Assembly (NCBI GenBank): GCA_036280615.1
Contig: DASUQJ010000009.1
Coordinates: 1,740-65,739, forward strand
DNA: 64,000 nt
Direction: 5' to 3'
Source: Nitrososphaeraceae archaeon
GTDB taxonomy: Archaea; Thermoproteota; Nitrososphaeria; Nitrososphaerales; Nitrososphaeraceae
The notes under the pieces were generated by a model. That model saw only the letters and a program-made list of their open reading frames with translations, had not been told where the DNA came from and did not search any database. Shown piece by piece: positions 56,330 through 64,000 of this stretch; the stretch's first letter is position 1; each line of letters starts with the position of its first letter. Position numbers and translations under genes: made by a program.

Positions 56330-57277
56330 TTGTCATTGTCCCACACGGAGACGAAATTAAAAAGCGAATTAAAGAAAGTCGTTAGTAAATATCTTGATAA
56401 CTCGTTACTCTTGTCGGGTGGCTTGGATAGTAGTATCTTGTGTTATTTGATGAGACCTAAATTGAGCATTGTAACATCTTTAAATGTAGATTCACAAGAT
56501 CTAAAGTATGCAAAGAATGTCGCAAAAAAATATAGTGATAATCATGTTGAATGCATTGTAGATTTTGATGACATTCTTAGGATAGTTCCTAAAATAATTA
56601 AAACATTCAAAACTTTTGATCCACTTGAAATAAGAAATTCTTCAGTTATTTTCTTTAGCGTAAGGGAGGCCAGGCAGAACGGTTTTGGAAGTATAGTTAC
56701 TGGAGATGGGGCAGACGAATTATTTGCAGGATATAATTATCTTCAAAGATATTTCGCAGATCTAAAAAAGTTACAGGCGGTTTTAGATGACCTATGGAAA
56801 ATAATGCGATTTTCATCAATAAAAATAGGAGAGGTACTGGGAATAAGAGTAAATACTCCATATTTGGAGAAGCCTCTCTATGAATTGGCTACTTCAATGG
56901 ACATCCATGAAAAGGTAGGCGAACATGAGGGCAAAAAGTGGGGAAAATTCATTTTAAGAAAGGCGTATGAAATGGAACTTGGCTCAGTCGTATGGAGGAA
57001 GAAGATGGCATTGGAGCAAGGTTCTGCGTTTGATCAAATTTCAAATAAATTTGGAGGTCTGATCGATGATGGAGAATATTCAAAGGAATCAAAAATTGCC
57101 ACACTTGACAAGGTGATAGTGCGAGATAAGGAGCATCTCTATTATTATAGAATTTACAAATCATATTTTGGATGTCCGAAAAAGGAGACATGCAATTCAC
57201 CTAGGTGTTCATTCTGTAGTGCGTGTTTAACGTACCCCAAATATTGCTATACATGCGGAGCTTTTCCGCCTGTCTGA
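56330..57277 (+). CDS. asparagine-synthase-like PP-loop ATP pyrophosphatase lacking a glutaminase domain, with a Cys-rich C-terminal tail
   Basis: 315 aa; LLLSGGLDSS (PP-loop), VTGDGADELFAGY (AsnB C-domain hallmark). The last 34 aa hold 7 Cys: CPKKETCNSPRCSFCSACLTYPKYCYTC. Confidence 0.8.
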   Translation: MSLSHTETKLKSELKKVVSKYLDNSLLLSGGLDSSILCYLMRPKLSIVTSLNVDSQDLKYAKNVAKKYSDNHVECIVDFDDILRIVPKIIKTFKTFDPLEIRNSSVIFFSVREARQNGFGSIVTGDGADELFAGYNYLQRYFADLKKLQAVLDDLWKIMRFSSIKIGEVLGIRVNTPYLEKPLYELATSMDIHEKVGEHEGKKWGKFILRKAYEMELGSVVWRKKMALEQGSAFDQISNKFGGLIDDGEYSKESKIATLDKVIVRDKEHLYYYRIYKSYFGCPKKETCNSPRCSFCSACLTYPKYCYTCGAFPPV

Positions 57278-57348
57278 ATTCTTTGTGTACCACTGCATGA
57301 AACCATCAAACCGTAAACGTCTAAATATCTTTTTTTAGGAAATAATCT

Positions 57349-58698
57349 ATGGCTGATATAGGAGGCAATCCATTTAAAAAATGCATAAACCCCTCATGTA
57401 ACCTCACATACGAAATTAATAACAATATACTCGTCTGCAAATGCGGCTCATTTTTGGATATTATTTATCAAAATAATTTTTCGCGGGAATTAATCCAGGT
57501 ATTCTACCAACGTAGAAACCATGGTGAAAATATTTACAACGAAAGTGGAGTATGGAGATTTCGAGAATTAATTAATTTTGCCCATTTGGATACAGAAGAT
57601 TTTGAACAATGCTCAAAGATCCTGGTTTCACTTGATGGGTCTGAGGGGAGGCAATCCAAGCCTTACAAAATGAAAAAAGTATCAGAATATTCCCTAATTA
57701 ATTACGATTCGCTTCTATTACAACCAGAAGGTTACAACCCCAGTGGCTCTTTTAAGGATAATGGAATGTCAACCGCTGTAACTCATGCCAAAATGATAAA
57801 CATGAATAGAATCATCTGTGCCTCCACTGGAAATACATCAGCATCTGCTGCAATGTATGCCGCCAATGAAAACATTGAATGTGAAGTTTTTGTACCAAAG
57901 GGAGAGATTGCACCTGGCAAACTTGGTCAAGCATTCCAATTTGGCGCACAGGTAATTGAAATTGATGGCAATTTTGACGATGCTCTATCATATTCATTGA
58001 ACGAAGCACAACAATTAGGGGCGTATACGGTAAACTCTATTAATCCATTTAGGATTGAAGGACAAAAAACAATATTATATAGAGCTCTAGAATACCTGGA
58101 TTGGAATCCACCTGATTGGATCGTTTATCCGGGAGGTGCCTTAGGAAATACTTCTAGTTGCGGAAAGGCCCTAATCGAACTATACAATCTGGGTTGGATA
58201 AAAAAGATTCCAAGGTTGCTGGTGGTAAACGCGGAAGGAGCAAACACATTGTATGAATTAACAAATGGTTTGTTTGGAGGCAAGAAACTAACTTGGAATA
58301 GTGGGAGCCCGGACATGAGCTTGATTAAAGAATACTATAATGAAAAAGACAAGAAGGGTATCAAACCACATACTAAGGCTACCGCAATAAAAATAGGCAA
58401 ACCGGCAAATTTAATCAAGGCATTAAGGTCCATACACTTTACTAATGGCATAGTTACGCAAGTTTCCGATAAGGAAATGAGTGATGGAATGGCCTTAGTT
58501 GGGTTGAACGGTTTTGACTGTGAGATGGCCTCAGGTGCTGTACCCGCAGGAATAAGGAAACTGAGGAAACAGGAGATAATAAAAAAGGACGATGTAGTAG
58601 TGGGAATATTGACTGGAAAACAAAAGGATCCCAGATTATCAATTGATTATCATTTAAACCAAAACAATACATTTTCTAAACCCCCAGTAGCAAAATAA
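57349..58698 (+). CDS. thrC: threonine synthase (PLP-dependent, with an N-terminal Zn ribbon)
   Basis: 449 aa; CINPSC..CKCG ribbon, PLP-lysine motif PSGSFKDNGMS. Confidence 0.85.
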   Translation: MADIGGNPFKKCINPSCNLTYEINNNILVCKCGSFLDIIYQNNFSRELIQVFYQRRNHGENIYNESGVWRFRELINFAHLDTEDFEQCSKILVSLDGSEGRQSKPYKMKKVSEYSLINYDSLLLQPEGYNPSGSFKDNGMSTAVTHAKMINMNRIICASTGNTSASAAMYAANENIECEVFVPKGEIAPGKLGQAFQFGAQVIEIDGNFDDALSYSLNEAQQLGAYTVNSINPFRIEGQKTILYRALEYLDWNPPDWIVYPGGALGNTSSCGKALIELYNLGWIKKIPRLLVVNAEGANTLYELTNGLFGGKKLTWNSGSPDMSLIKEYYNEKDKKGIKPHTKATAIKIGKPANLIKALRSIHFTNGIVTQVSDKEMSDGMALVGLNGFDCEMASGAVPAGIRKLRKQEIIKKDDVVVGILTGKQKDPRLSIDYHLNQNNTFSKPPVAK

Positions 58699-58700
58699 GA

Positions 58701-59465
58701 ATGTCTCGCGATTTTTTATCACTAAATTACGAGGAAATAGTTCATCAAATAACAAAATTCATTTCAGAACAAGTAAAATCAAGAAAGAAAAATGGTGTGG
58801 TTATCGGATTAAGTGGTGGTCTTGATTCTTCCGTGTGCCTTGTACTAGCTTCCAAAGCACTGGGAAAGAATAGAATATTTGGTCTTATCATGCCAGAGAG
58901 AGGACAAACACCTCAAAAAGACATTGACAATGCTTATGATCTGGCGCACAGGTTGAGAATTAACTATAAGGAAATTCATTTTGAACGCGCAAAAAAAATA
59001 TTGCTAGCTAACCTGCCAAATGACAGACTCTCTGCCGGGAATCTATCAGCAAGACTTAGAATGTCCCTTCTATACCACTATGCTGGCAAGAGCAATTTAT
59101 TGGTACTAGGAACCTCAGATAAAAGTGAACTGATGATTGGTTATTTTACAAAATTTGGCGATGGCGGAGCTGATATACTTCCTCTTGGTGGATTGTACAA
59201 GAGTCAAGTAAAGTTATTGGGAAAAAAATTGGGACTTACTGAACAAATTATTAATCAACCGAGCAGCCCCAGATTTTGGAAGGGACATGTGGCAGAAAAA
59301 GAACTTGGGCTCACATATCATGAGATAGATACAATTTTACAACATTATCTTGACAATGATTTGGAAAGCTGTGATTTGAGCAAAAAGAAGAAAAAATTGG
59401 TAACTGATATGGTTAGAAAATCTCGACACAAGAGGGAACTGATACCGGTATGCAACCCTCCATAG
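58701..59465 (+). CDS. nadE: NH3-dependent NAD+ synthetase
   Basis: 254 aa; GLSGGLDSSV PP-loop, NadE-like YFTKFGDGGADI. Confidence 0.92.
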   Translation: MSRDFLSLNYEEIVHQITKFISEQVKSRKKNGVVIGLSGGLDSSVCLVLASKALGKNRIFGLIMPERGQTPQKDIDNAYDLAHRLRINYKEIHFERAKKILLANLPNDRLSAGNLSARLRMSLLYHYAGKSNLLVLGTSDKSELMIGYFTKFGDGGADILPLGGLYKSQVKLLGKKLGLTEQIINQPSSPRFWKGHVAEKELGLTYHEIDTILQHYLDNDLESCDLSKKKKKLVTDMVRKSRHKRELIPVCNPP

Positions 59466-59501
59466 TTTGACTTTTATACTGTTTAAAACCTTTGAATAAG
59501 G

Positions 59502-59705
59502 TTGCCAATATCTAGCCATCAGTTAAAGATAATCTCTATCATCGCAACGGTTGTAGGGATTTACGGTCTTGTGGTATTTATACAGATAAATTCCCCAATA
59601 TTTCTATTCACTTCAATTGCAAATTTAGGACTTGCTGCTTTTTTTTGGTATAAGTATACTAAAAAAAATAAGCAACCTTTGTCCAAAAAAGGCAATAAGA
59701 CCTAG
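59502..59705 (+). CDS. hypothetical small two-TM membrane protein
   Basis: 67 aa; IISIIATVVGIYGLVVFI and LFTSIANLGLAAFFW, basic tail; TTG start. Confidence 0.4.
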   Translation: MPISSHQLKIISIIATVVGIYGLVVFIQINSPIFLFTSIANLGLAAFFWYKYTKKNKQPLSKKGNKT

Positions 59706-59716
59706 AACTTACATAT

Positions 59717-60130
59717 CTAAGGAAGGAACAGTATCAGTAGGGCCATTGACGCAAGTGAAGCAAGAAGTATGATTGTTGCCTTCCACATTGCTTTGGAGGC
59801 CTTTTCACCAATATCCCAGATTCCTCCTCCTCCGTATGTCTTTCTTATTCTCGAGTAGCTGTAAACTTTATCAAAGTCAGCTGATGGTGTCCAAGAAAAA
59901 TCATATTTGGGTGTATTCTTTTTAGTGGTAATTGATTCGTCATAATTTTTTTTACCATTTGCATCAGACAACACTTCGTATGCTTCGACTATTTTCATGA
60001 ATTTTTCCTTGGATCCTTCGTTCTTATTCTTGTCAGGATGATATTTCAGTGCAAGTGTCCTGAATGATTTCCTAATTTCATCTAATGAAGCATTCTTGTT
60101 CAGTTCAAGGGCTCTGTAGTAATCATCCAC
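59717..60130 (-). CDS. J-domain (DnaJ-like) protein with a C-terminal transmembrane anchor
   Basis: 137 aa; DYYRALEL..., KYHPDKN (HPD), C-terminal ATIILLASLASMALLILFL. Confidence 0.85.
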   Translation of the reverse strand: MDDYYRALELNKNASLDEIRKSFRTLALKYHPDKNKNEGSKEKFMKIVEAYEVLSDANGKKNYDESITTKKNTPKYDFSWTPSADFDKVYSYSRIRKTYGGGGIWDIGEKASKAMWKATIILLASLASMALLILFLP

Positions 60131-60294
60131 ATGTTATTTGACAAATATCAAATAAATAATCATTTCACATTTTCAGGGACAGTTTTATGGACTTTGATAG
60201 CAAATGTCTCAATACTAGTTATAGCGGCTCAAAATTTTACCTCCAAATATGATAGCAAGCATCATATACACGGACAAAATATCATTAATTATTT

Positions 60295-60588
60295 ATGAGT
60301 GCGGAAAATCCTGATACAAAATTCATTGTTCCCGTAAAGGGGGTAGAGAAAAGTATCAAGTTGGATGACAGGGCTAAAAAGGAATTACAATCTATCGGAA
60401 TGATGGATGAAAAGGGCAAATTGAAATTAAAGGGTGTAAGTCCTAAAATGTTAAAGCGAATGAAACTGGAGGCCGTTGATTGTCCAGTTCTTGAAAAGGA
60501 AGTGGGGTTCATACAGTGCTATGTATGCAGTAACTTCCATAGTAGAACTATGGGTAAAGTCTATTGTAAAGGAGAACCATTAACGTAA
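60295..60588 (+). CDS. hypothetical protein
   Basis: 97 aa; basic, four Cys in the C-terminal third (C..CYVC..C); upstream of proS. Confidence 0.5.
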   Translation: MSAENPDTKFIVPVKGVEKSIKLDDRAKKELQSIGMMDEKGKLKLKGVSPKMLKRMKLEAVDCPVLEKEVGFIQCYVCSNFHSRTMGKVYCKGEPLT

Positions 60589-60620
60589 CACTACCAAAAA
60601 AAATCCTGTAGTAATGCGAC

Positions 60621-62063
60621 TTGACAAAAGAAATAGGAATAACAGTAAAAAAATCGCTTGATTTCAGTGATTGGTATACACAATGCGTACTCAAATCAGG
60701 TATCGCAGATTATTCACCTACTAAAGGTTTCATTATCCTTCGTCCATATGGCTATGCAATATGGGAAATCATTAGAGAAATATTAGATGAAGAATTAAAG
60801 AAAACAGGACATAAGAATGGTTTTCTCCCAGTGTTAATACCGGAAAGTCTCCTTACTAAAGAGAAGGATCATTTTGATGGATTTTTGCCAGAAGTTTTTT
60901 GGGTGACAAAATCAGGCGATTGCGATCTCGGTGAAAAATTGGCAGTCAGACCAACTTCAGAAACTCTTGCTTATTCTATGTTCTCAAAATGGATATCGAG
61001 TTATAGAGATTTACCATTGAAATTAAATTTTTGGAATAGTGCTTTGAGAGCTGAAATAAAATCTACCAAACCGTTAATTAGAAATTCAGAATTTCTCTGG
61101 CAGGAGGGACATACAGCTCATACTGATGAAAATGAGGCTAACAAAGAGGTTAGGATTATACTTGATATTTATAAAATGTTGATAGAAGAATATCTAGCTA
61201 TACCGACCCTTTCTGGATTCAAGACTGATAAGGAGAAATTTGTTGGTGCAAAGTACAGTACTTGTCTAGAATCGGCAATGGCGGATGGAAAAGCATTGCA
61301 AATGGCTACGTCCCATCATTTGGGTCAAAATTTCTCAAAACCGTTCGAAATAAAATTTCTAGATAGAGATACGGCAGAACGATACGTCTGGCAAACTTCC
61401 TGGGGAATTTCTTGGAGAGTAATTGGCGCCATAATAATGGTCCATGGAGATGATAAAGGTTTGATACTTCCACCCAAGATTTCGCCAACACAGGTCATCA
61501 TTGTTCCTATTTATAAGGATGAAAGTAAGAACGTCGTAAAACAAAAGGCATATGAATTAGAGCAAAAACTAAAAGATTCTCAGATACGTGTTCAGACCGA
61601 CGATAGAGACGAGTTTACCTCAGGTTGGAAATTTAATGATTGGGAGATGAAAGGAGTGCCTTTAAGAGCAAATATTGGACTTCGGGACATACAAGAAAAT
61701 CAAGTCGAATTGATAAGGAGAGATACTAAGGAAAGATTTTATGTCAAAGAAAAAGAACTTGTTAACCAAACCTTGTCCATTTTAGAGAAAATACAGTCAA
61801 ACATGTTTGAGCGTGCAAAGAACCTTCTTCAAGAAAACACAACATCTGCGACAACTTTAGAAGAACTACTCTCAGTACTTGACGCAACTGGGGGTTTTGT
61901 AGCTTGTAGCTGGTGTGGAAAAAGAGAATGTGAGGACATTGTTAAAGAAAAAACAACGGCCGATATAAGAATAGTCCCATTTAATCCTAAAAATAATATT
62001 TCATCATGCATTGGATGTGGAAACCAAGAAACAATAGAAGTATATTTTGGTAGAGCATATTAG
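60621..62063 (+). CDS. proS: proline--tRNA ligase (archaeal/eukaryotic type)
   Basis: 480 aa; class II motifs, C-terminal Zn-binding CSWCG..CIGCG. Confidence 0.95.
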   Translation: MTKEIGITVKKSLDFSDWYTQCVLKSGIADYSPTKGFIILRPYGYAIWEIIREILDEELKKTGHKNGFLPVLIPESLLTKEKDHFDGFLPEVFWVTKSGDCDLGEKLAVRPTSETLAYSMFSKWISSYRDLPLKLNFWNSALRAEIKSTKPLIRNSEFLWQEGHTAHTDENEANKEVRIILDIYKMLIEEYLAIPTLSGFKTDKEKFVGAKYSTCLESAMADGKALQMATSHHLGQNFSKPFEIKFLDRDTAERYVWQTSWGISWRVIGAIIMVHGDDKGLILPPKISPTQVIIVPIYKDESKNVVKQKAYELEQKLKDSQIRVQTDDRDEFTSGWKFNDWEMKGVPLRANIGLRDIQENQVELIRRDTKERFYVKEKELVNQTLSILEKIQSNMFERAKNLLQENTTSATTLEELLSVLDATGGFVACSWCGKRECEDIVKEKTTADIRIVPFNPKNNISSCIGCGNQETIEVYFGRAY

Positions 62064-62089
62064 AAAAGAGATTAAAGTTCTGAGAAGAA

Positions 62090-62728
62090 TTGAATATTGA
62101 AGAATTATTTTCATTTTATGACGATTTTGGATATCTAGGCATCTTACTAATCAGTTTCGTTGGAAGCATCATTGTCTTTGTTCCCATCCCATATTTTCCG
62201 GTGTTGATTACAGCAGCATTTAATGATAACTTGGATCCTACGCTGATTGCACTCTCAAGTGCAATAGGCGCAGTGATAGCAAAAATGATTATTTTTTATG
62301 CTAGTTATTACGGTAGAAATATGCTCAGTTCAAAAATTAAGGGAAAAATGGTTCCTCTACAGAGATTACTTGCCAGGTATGGTGCAATAGGTGCATTTGT
62401 TGCAGCAGTAAGCCCAATACCGGATGATATCGTGTATATTCCATTAGGTCTTGCTAAATATAGTCCCTGGAAATTTGCAATAGCGACATTTCTCGGAAAG
62501 TTTGCATTTAATGAAATGTTCGTTTTAGGAGCTATCTATTTTGGAAAGCCCTTTGTAAACAACCTTATGTCTAATTCAACAAATATAGATTACCTTATCA
62601 TAGTAACTATTGCTAGTATAGCAGCTTTGGGAGTAATAATTTATTTTGCCTTGAAAATAGACTGGGCGAAAATTATCGGACACTGGTTTCCATGGACTTT
62701 GGACAAGGACCAAGGGAATGGAAAATAG
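62090..62728 (+). CDS. DedA/VTT (SNARE-associated)-like integral membrane protein
   Basis: 212 aa; 5-6 hydrophobic helices, IVFVPIPYFPVL and PIPDDIVYIPLG re-entrant-like motifs. Confidence 0.6.
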   Translation: MNIEELFSFYDDFGYLGILLISFVGSIIVFVPIPYFPVLITAAFNDNLDPTLIALSSAIGAVIAKMIIFYASYYGRNMLSSKIKGKMVPLQRLLARYGAIGAFVAAVSPIPDDIVYIPLGLAKYSPWKFAIATFLGKFAFNEMFVLGAIYFGKPFVNNLMSNSTNIDYLIIVTIASIAALGVIIYFALKIDWAKIIGHWFPWTLDKDQGNGK

Positions 62729-62942
62729 TAATTACTGTATTTTTTTCTATCTCAAAAATTGTGAAAGATGAAATCTATGATTTTCTAATATGTTTTCTAT
62801 GTCTCAAGATTCAGCTTTTTCTATCAGTAGAAATTATAGAATCTATTTCTACAAAATAATTGCACGAACTCCTTAGGATATCATCTACCAAATTTTATTC
62901 ATAATATAGAACGAAACAATTAATGAAATTATTAATGAAATT

Positions 62943-63218
62943 ATGATTTCGAACCTATTCTGGTTTTCCCTTAGCAGTCCTATTTGTTCAGAATTAGATT
63001 CTACCACGACTGAAAGTATTAGTATAGATGGGGAGAATAACAAAGTGACTTCCGACAATCACGTAAATCAAATTCAAAACTGTGATGAAAGTATTAGTGG
63101 CGACAATAACGCAAAATGTACAAATAGTAGCGCAAACTTTTTTGATTCAAGTGATGTTTCTAATAATAATAACAAAATCAATTATGATATAAATACAAAA
63201 ACAAACAAATGTTTGTAA
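62943..63218 (+). CDS. hypothetical Asn/Ser/Asp-rich low-complexity protein (possibly a decayed gene)
   Basis: 91 aa track ORF; similar N/D-x-C-x-N/D segments continue downstream in other frames. Confidence 0.3.
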   Translation: MISNLFWFSLSSPICSELDSTTTESISIDGENNKVTSDNHVNQIQNCDESISGDNNAKCTNSSANFFDSSDVSNNNNKINYDINTKTNKCL

Positions 63219-63456
63219 TGATAAAAGAAATGTAGAATGCGAAAATATACTAAAGACTCAGGTCAATAATTTAAGTCTTGGTGGAGACAAATACCCCAAT
63301 TGATCTTGATAACAATACAAAAAAAAGGCAACGACTGCGATGACAAGACTAACAGGGATAATAATTTGAATTGCATGAATCTACAACATCGTATTGAAAC
63401 TCCTCGATAAGTTGAAGATAAAATTGAACTTGAAATTGAAAATAATATACCAGCAT

Positions 63457-64000
63457 TCAAATATTTTGTTCATTTTTTTTGCTTAGACGCAAATGCGCTA
63501 TGCCAAGGAAGGTTATCTGGAAGAGCATTGCAATAACTACTGACATTGATATACCATCGGTTCCATATTGTTTTCCAAGAATAACAATAAGAATAATCTG
63601 CGTAACTTGATAGGTTATAGAAGAAAATAGTACGTAGCGGGTTAGTTTCATTGCCAAGAACTTTGAGTTAAGCATACTCGTTATCATCATTGGAATGATC
63701 GCGAGACTCAGAATTCTTATGGAATTTAGTGAATTAATATAGTTTGGAAAGAAGACTTGGAGAATTACGGGCGCTAGAACGAATACCAGTATGGTTATAA
63801 TTATAGAAAGAGCTATTCCATACAGTCGTAGTCTATTTCTTTTGCTTCCACTTGATTCTTCAGGTATTAAATATTGATAGAAGCTGACTGAAATCATACT
63901 GAAAAACATCAAGAACTGAAATCCCAATTGATAATAACCCAGAATTGTATATCCGTAAATAGGAGCAATAATTAATTTATCAAAATACAATAGCAATGCG
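63457..64000 (-). CDS. polytopic membrane protein, probably the C-terminal part of a Wzx/MATE-like polysaccharide flippase; the 5' end lies outside the window
   Basis: Frame stays open to the window edge; six or so hydrophobic helices; family assignment is weak. Confidence 0.5.
   Translation of the reverse strand, partial: ALLLYFDKLIIAPIYGYTILGYYQLGFQFLMFFSMISVSFYQYLIPEESSGSKRNRLRLYGIALSIIITILVFVLAPVILQVFFPNYINSLNSIRILSLAIIPMMITSMLNSKFLAMKLTRYVLFSSITYQVTQIILIVILGKQYGTDGISMSVVIAMLFQITFLGIAHLRLSKKNEQNI

Noticed and set aside
63263-63460. 65-aa minus-strand ORF just downstream of the flippase-like gene
   Set aside because: It is low-complexity, lies within the AT-rich ORF-poor spacer, and overlaps the stop codon of the flippase-like gene by 4 nt with no motif support.

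Overview
AT-rich, densely coding archaeal chromosome segment: about 85 protein genes and one intron-containing tRNA. I saw no rRNA, CRISPR array, transposase or integrase. The gene content points to an ammonia-oxidising thaumarchaeon (Nitrosopumilales-like); that lineage call is an inference from content, not from a search. Supporting content includes archaeal r-proteins (eS4, Rpp29 inside the cluster), aRF1, fibrillarin/Nop5, proteasome alpha and Trm1. There is also a split methylmalonyl-CoA mutase with MeaB and epimerase (the 3-hydroxypropionate/4-hydroxybutyrate module), plus an F420-type LLM oxidoreductase and a UbiD-family decarboxylase. The main blocks, in order: bioA (partial), tRNA-Asn, a nucleotidyltransferase/LLM/thiolase/DUF35 operon, and a 16-gene ribosomal-protein operon (uL3...uL6). 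Housekeeping genes follow (psmA, purC, trm1, rnhB, flpA/nop5, ilvD, prf1, cysS, ahcY, metG, NMNAT, ilvC). Then come a small signalling island (MEDS-receiver protein plus Cys-phosphatase), a secreted CHRD protein, the mcm/meaB/epimerase cluster, ilvBN-leuAB, rpiA, a wHTH/AsnB-like/thrC/nadE cluster and proS. Overall this is an ordinary core-genome region, and I found no clear novel multi-gene system such as defence, mobile or secondary-metabolite genes. The observations most worth a second look are listed here. (1) Three tiny C2H2 zinc-finger ORFs, two of them below the ORF-track cutoff. (2) A glutaminase-less asparagine-synthase-like PP-loop protein with a 7-Cys tail, sitting next to thrC and nadE. 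(3) The MEDS-REC / unknown / Cys-phosphatase trio with no kinase nearby. (4) A tRNA-Asn with a non-canonical 27/28 intron supported by a bulge-helix-bulge fold. (5) An rnhB whose catalytic DEAGRG motif lies upstream of any canonical start codon. (6) Several unlisted Zn-ribbon/YHS micro-ORFs. All functional calls rest on motif recognition by eye; no database search was run.
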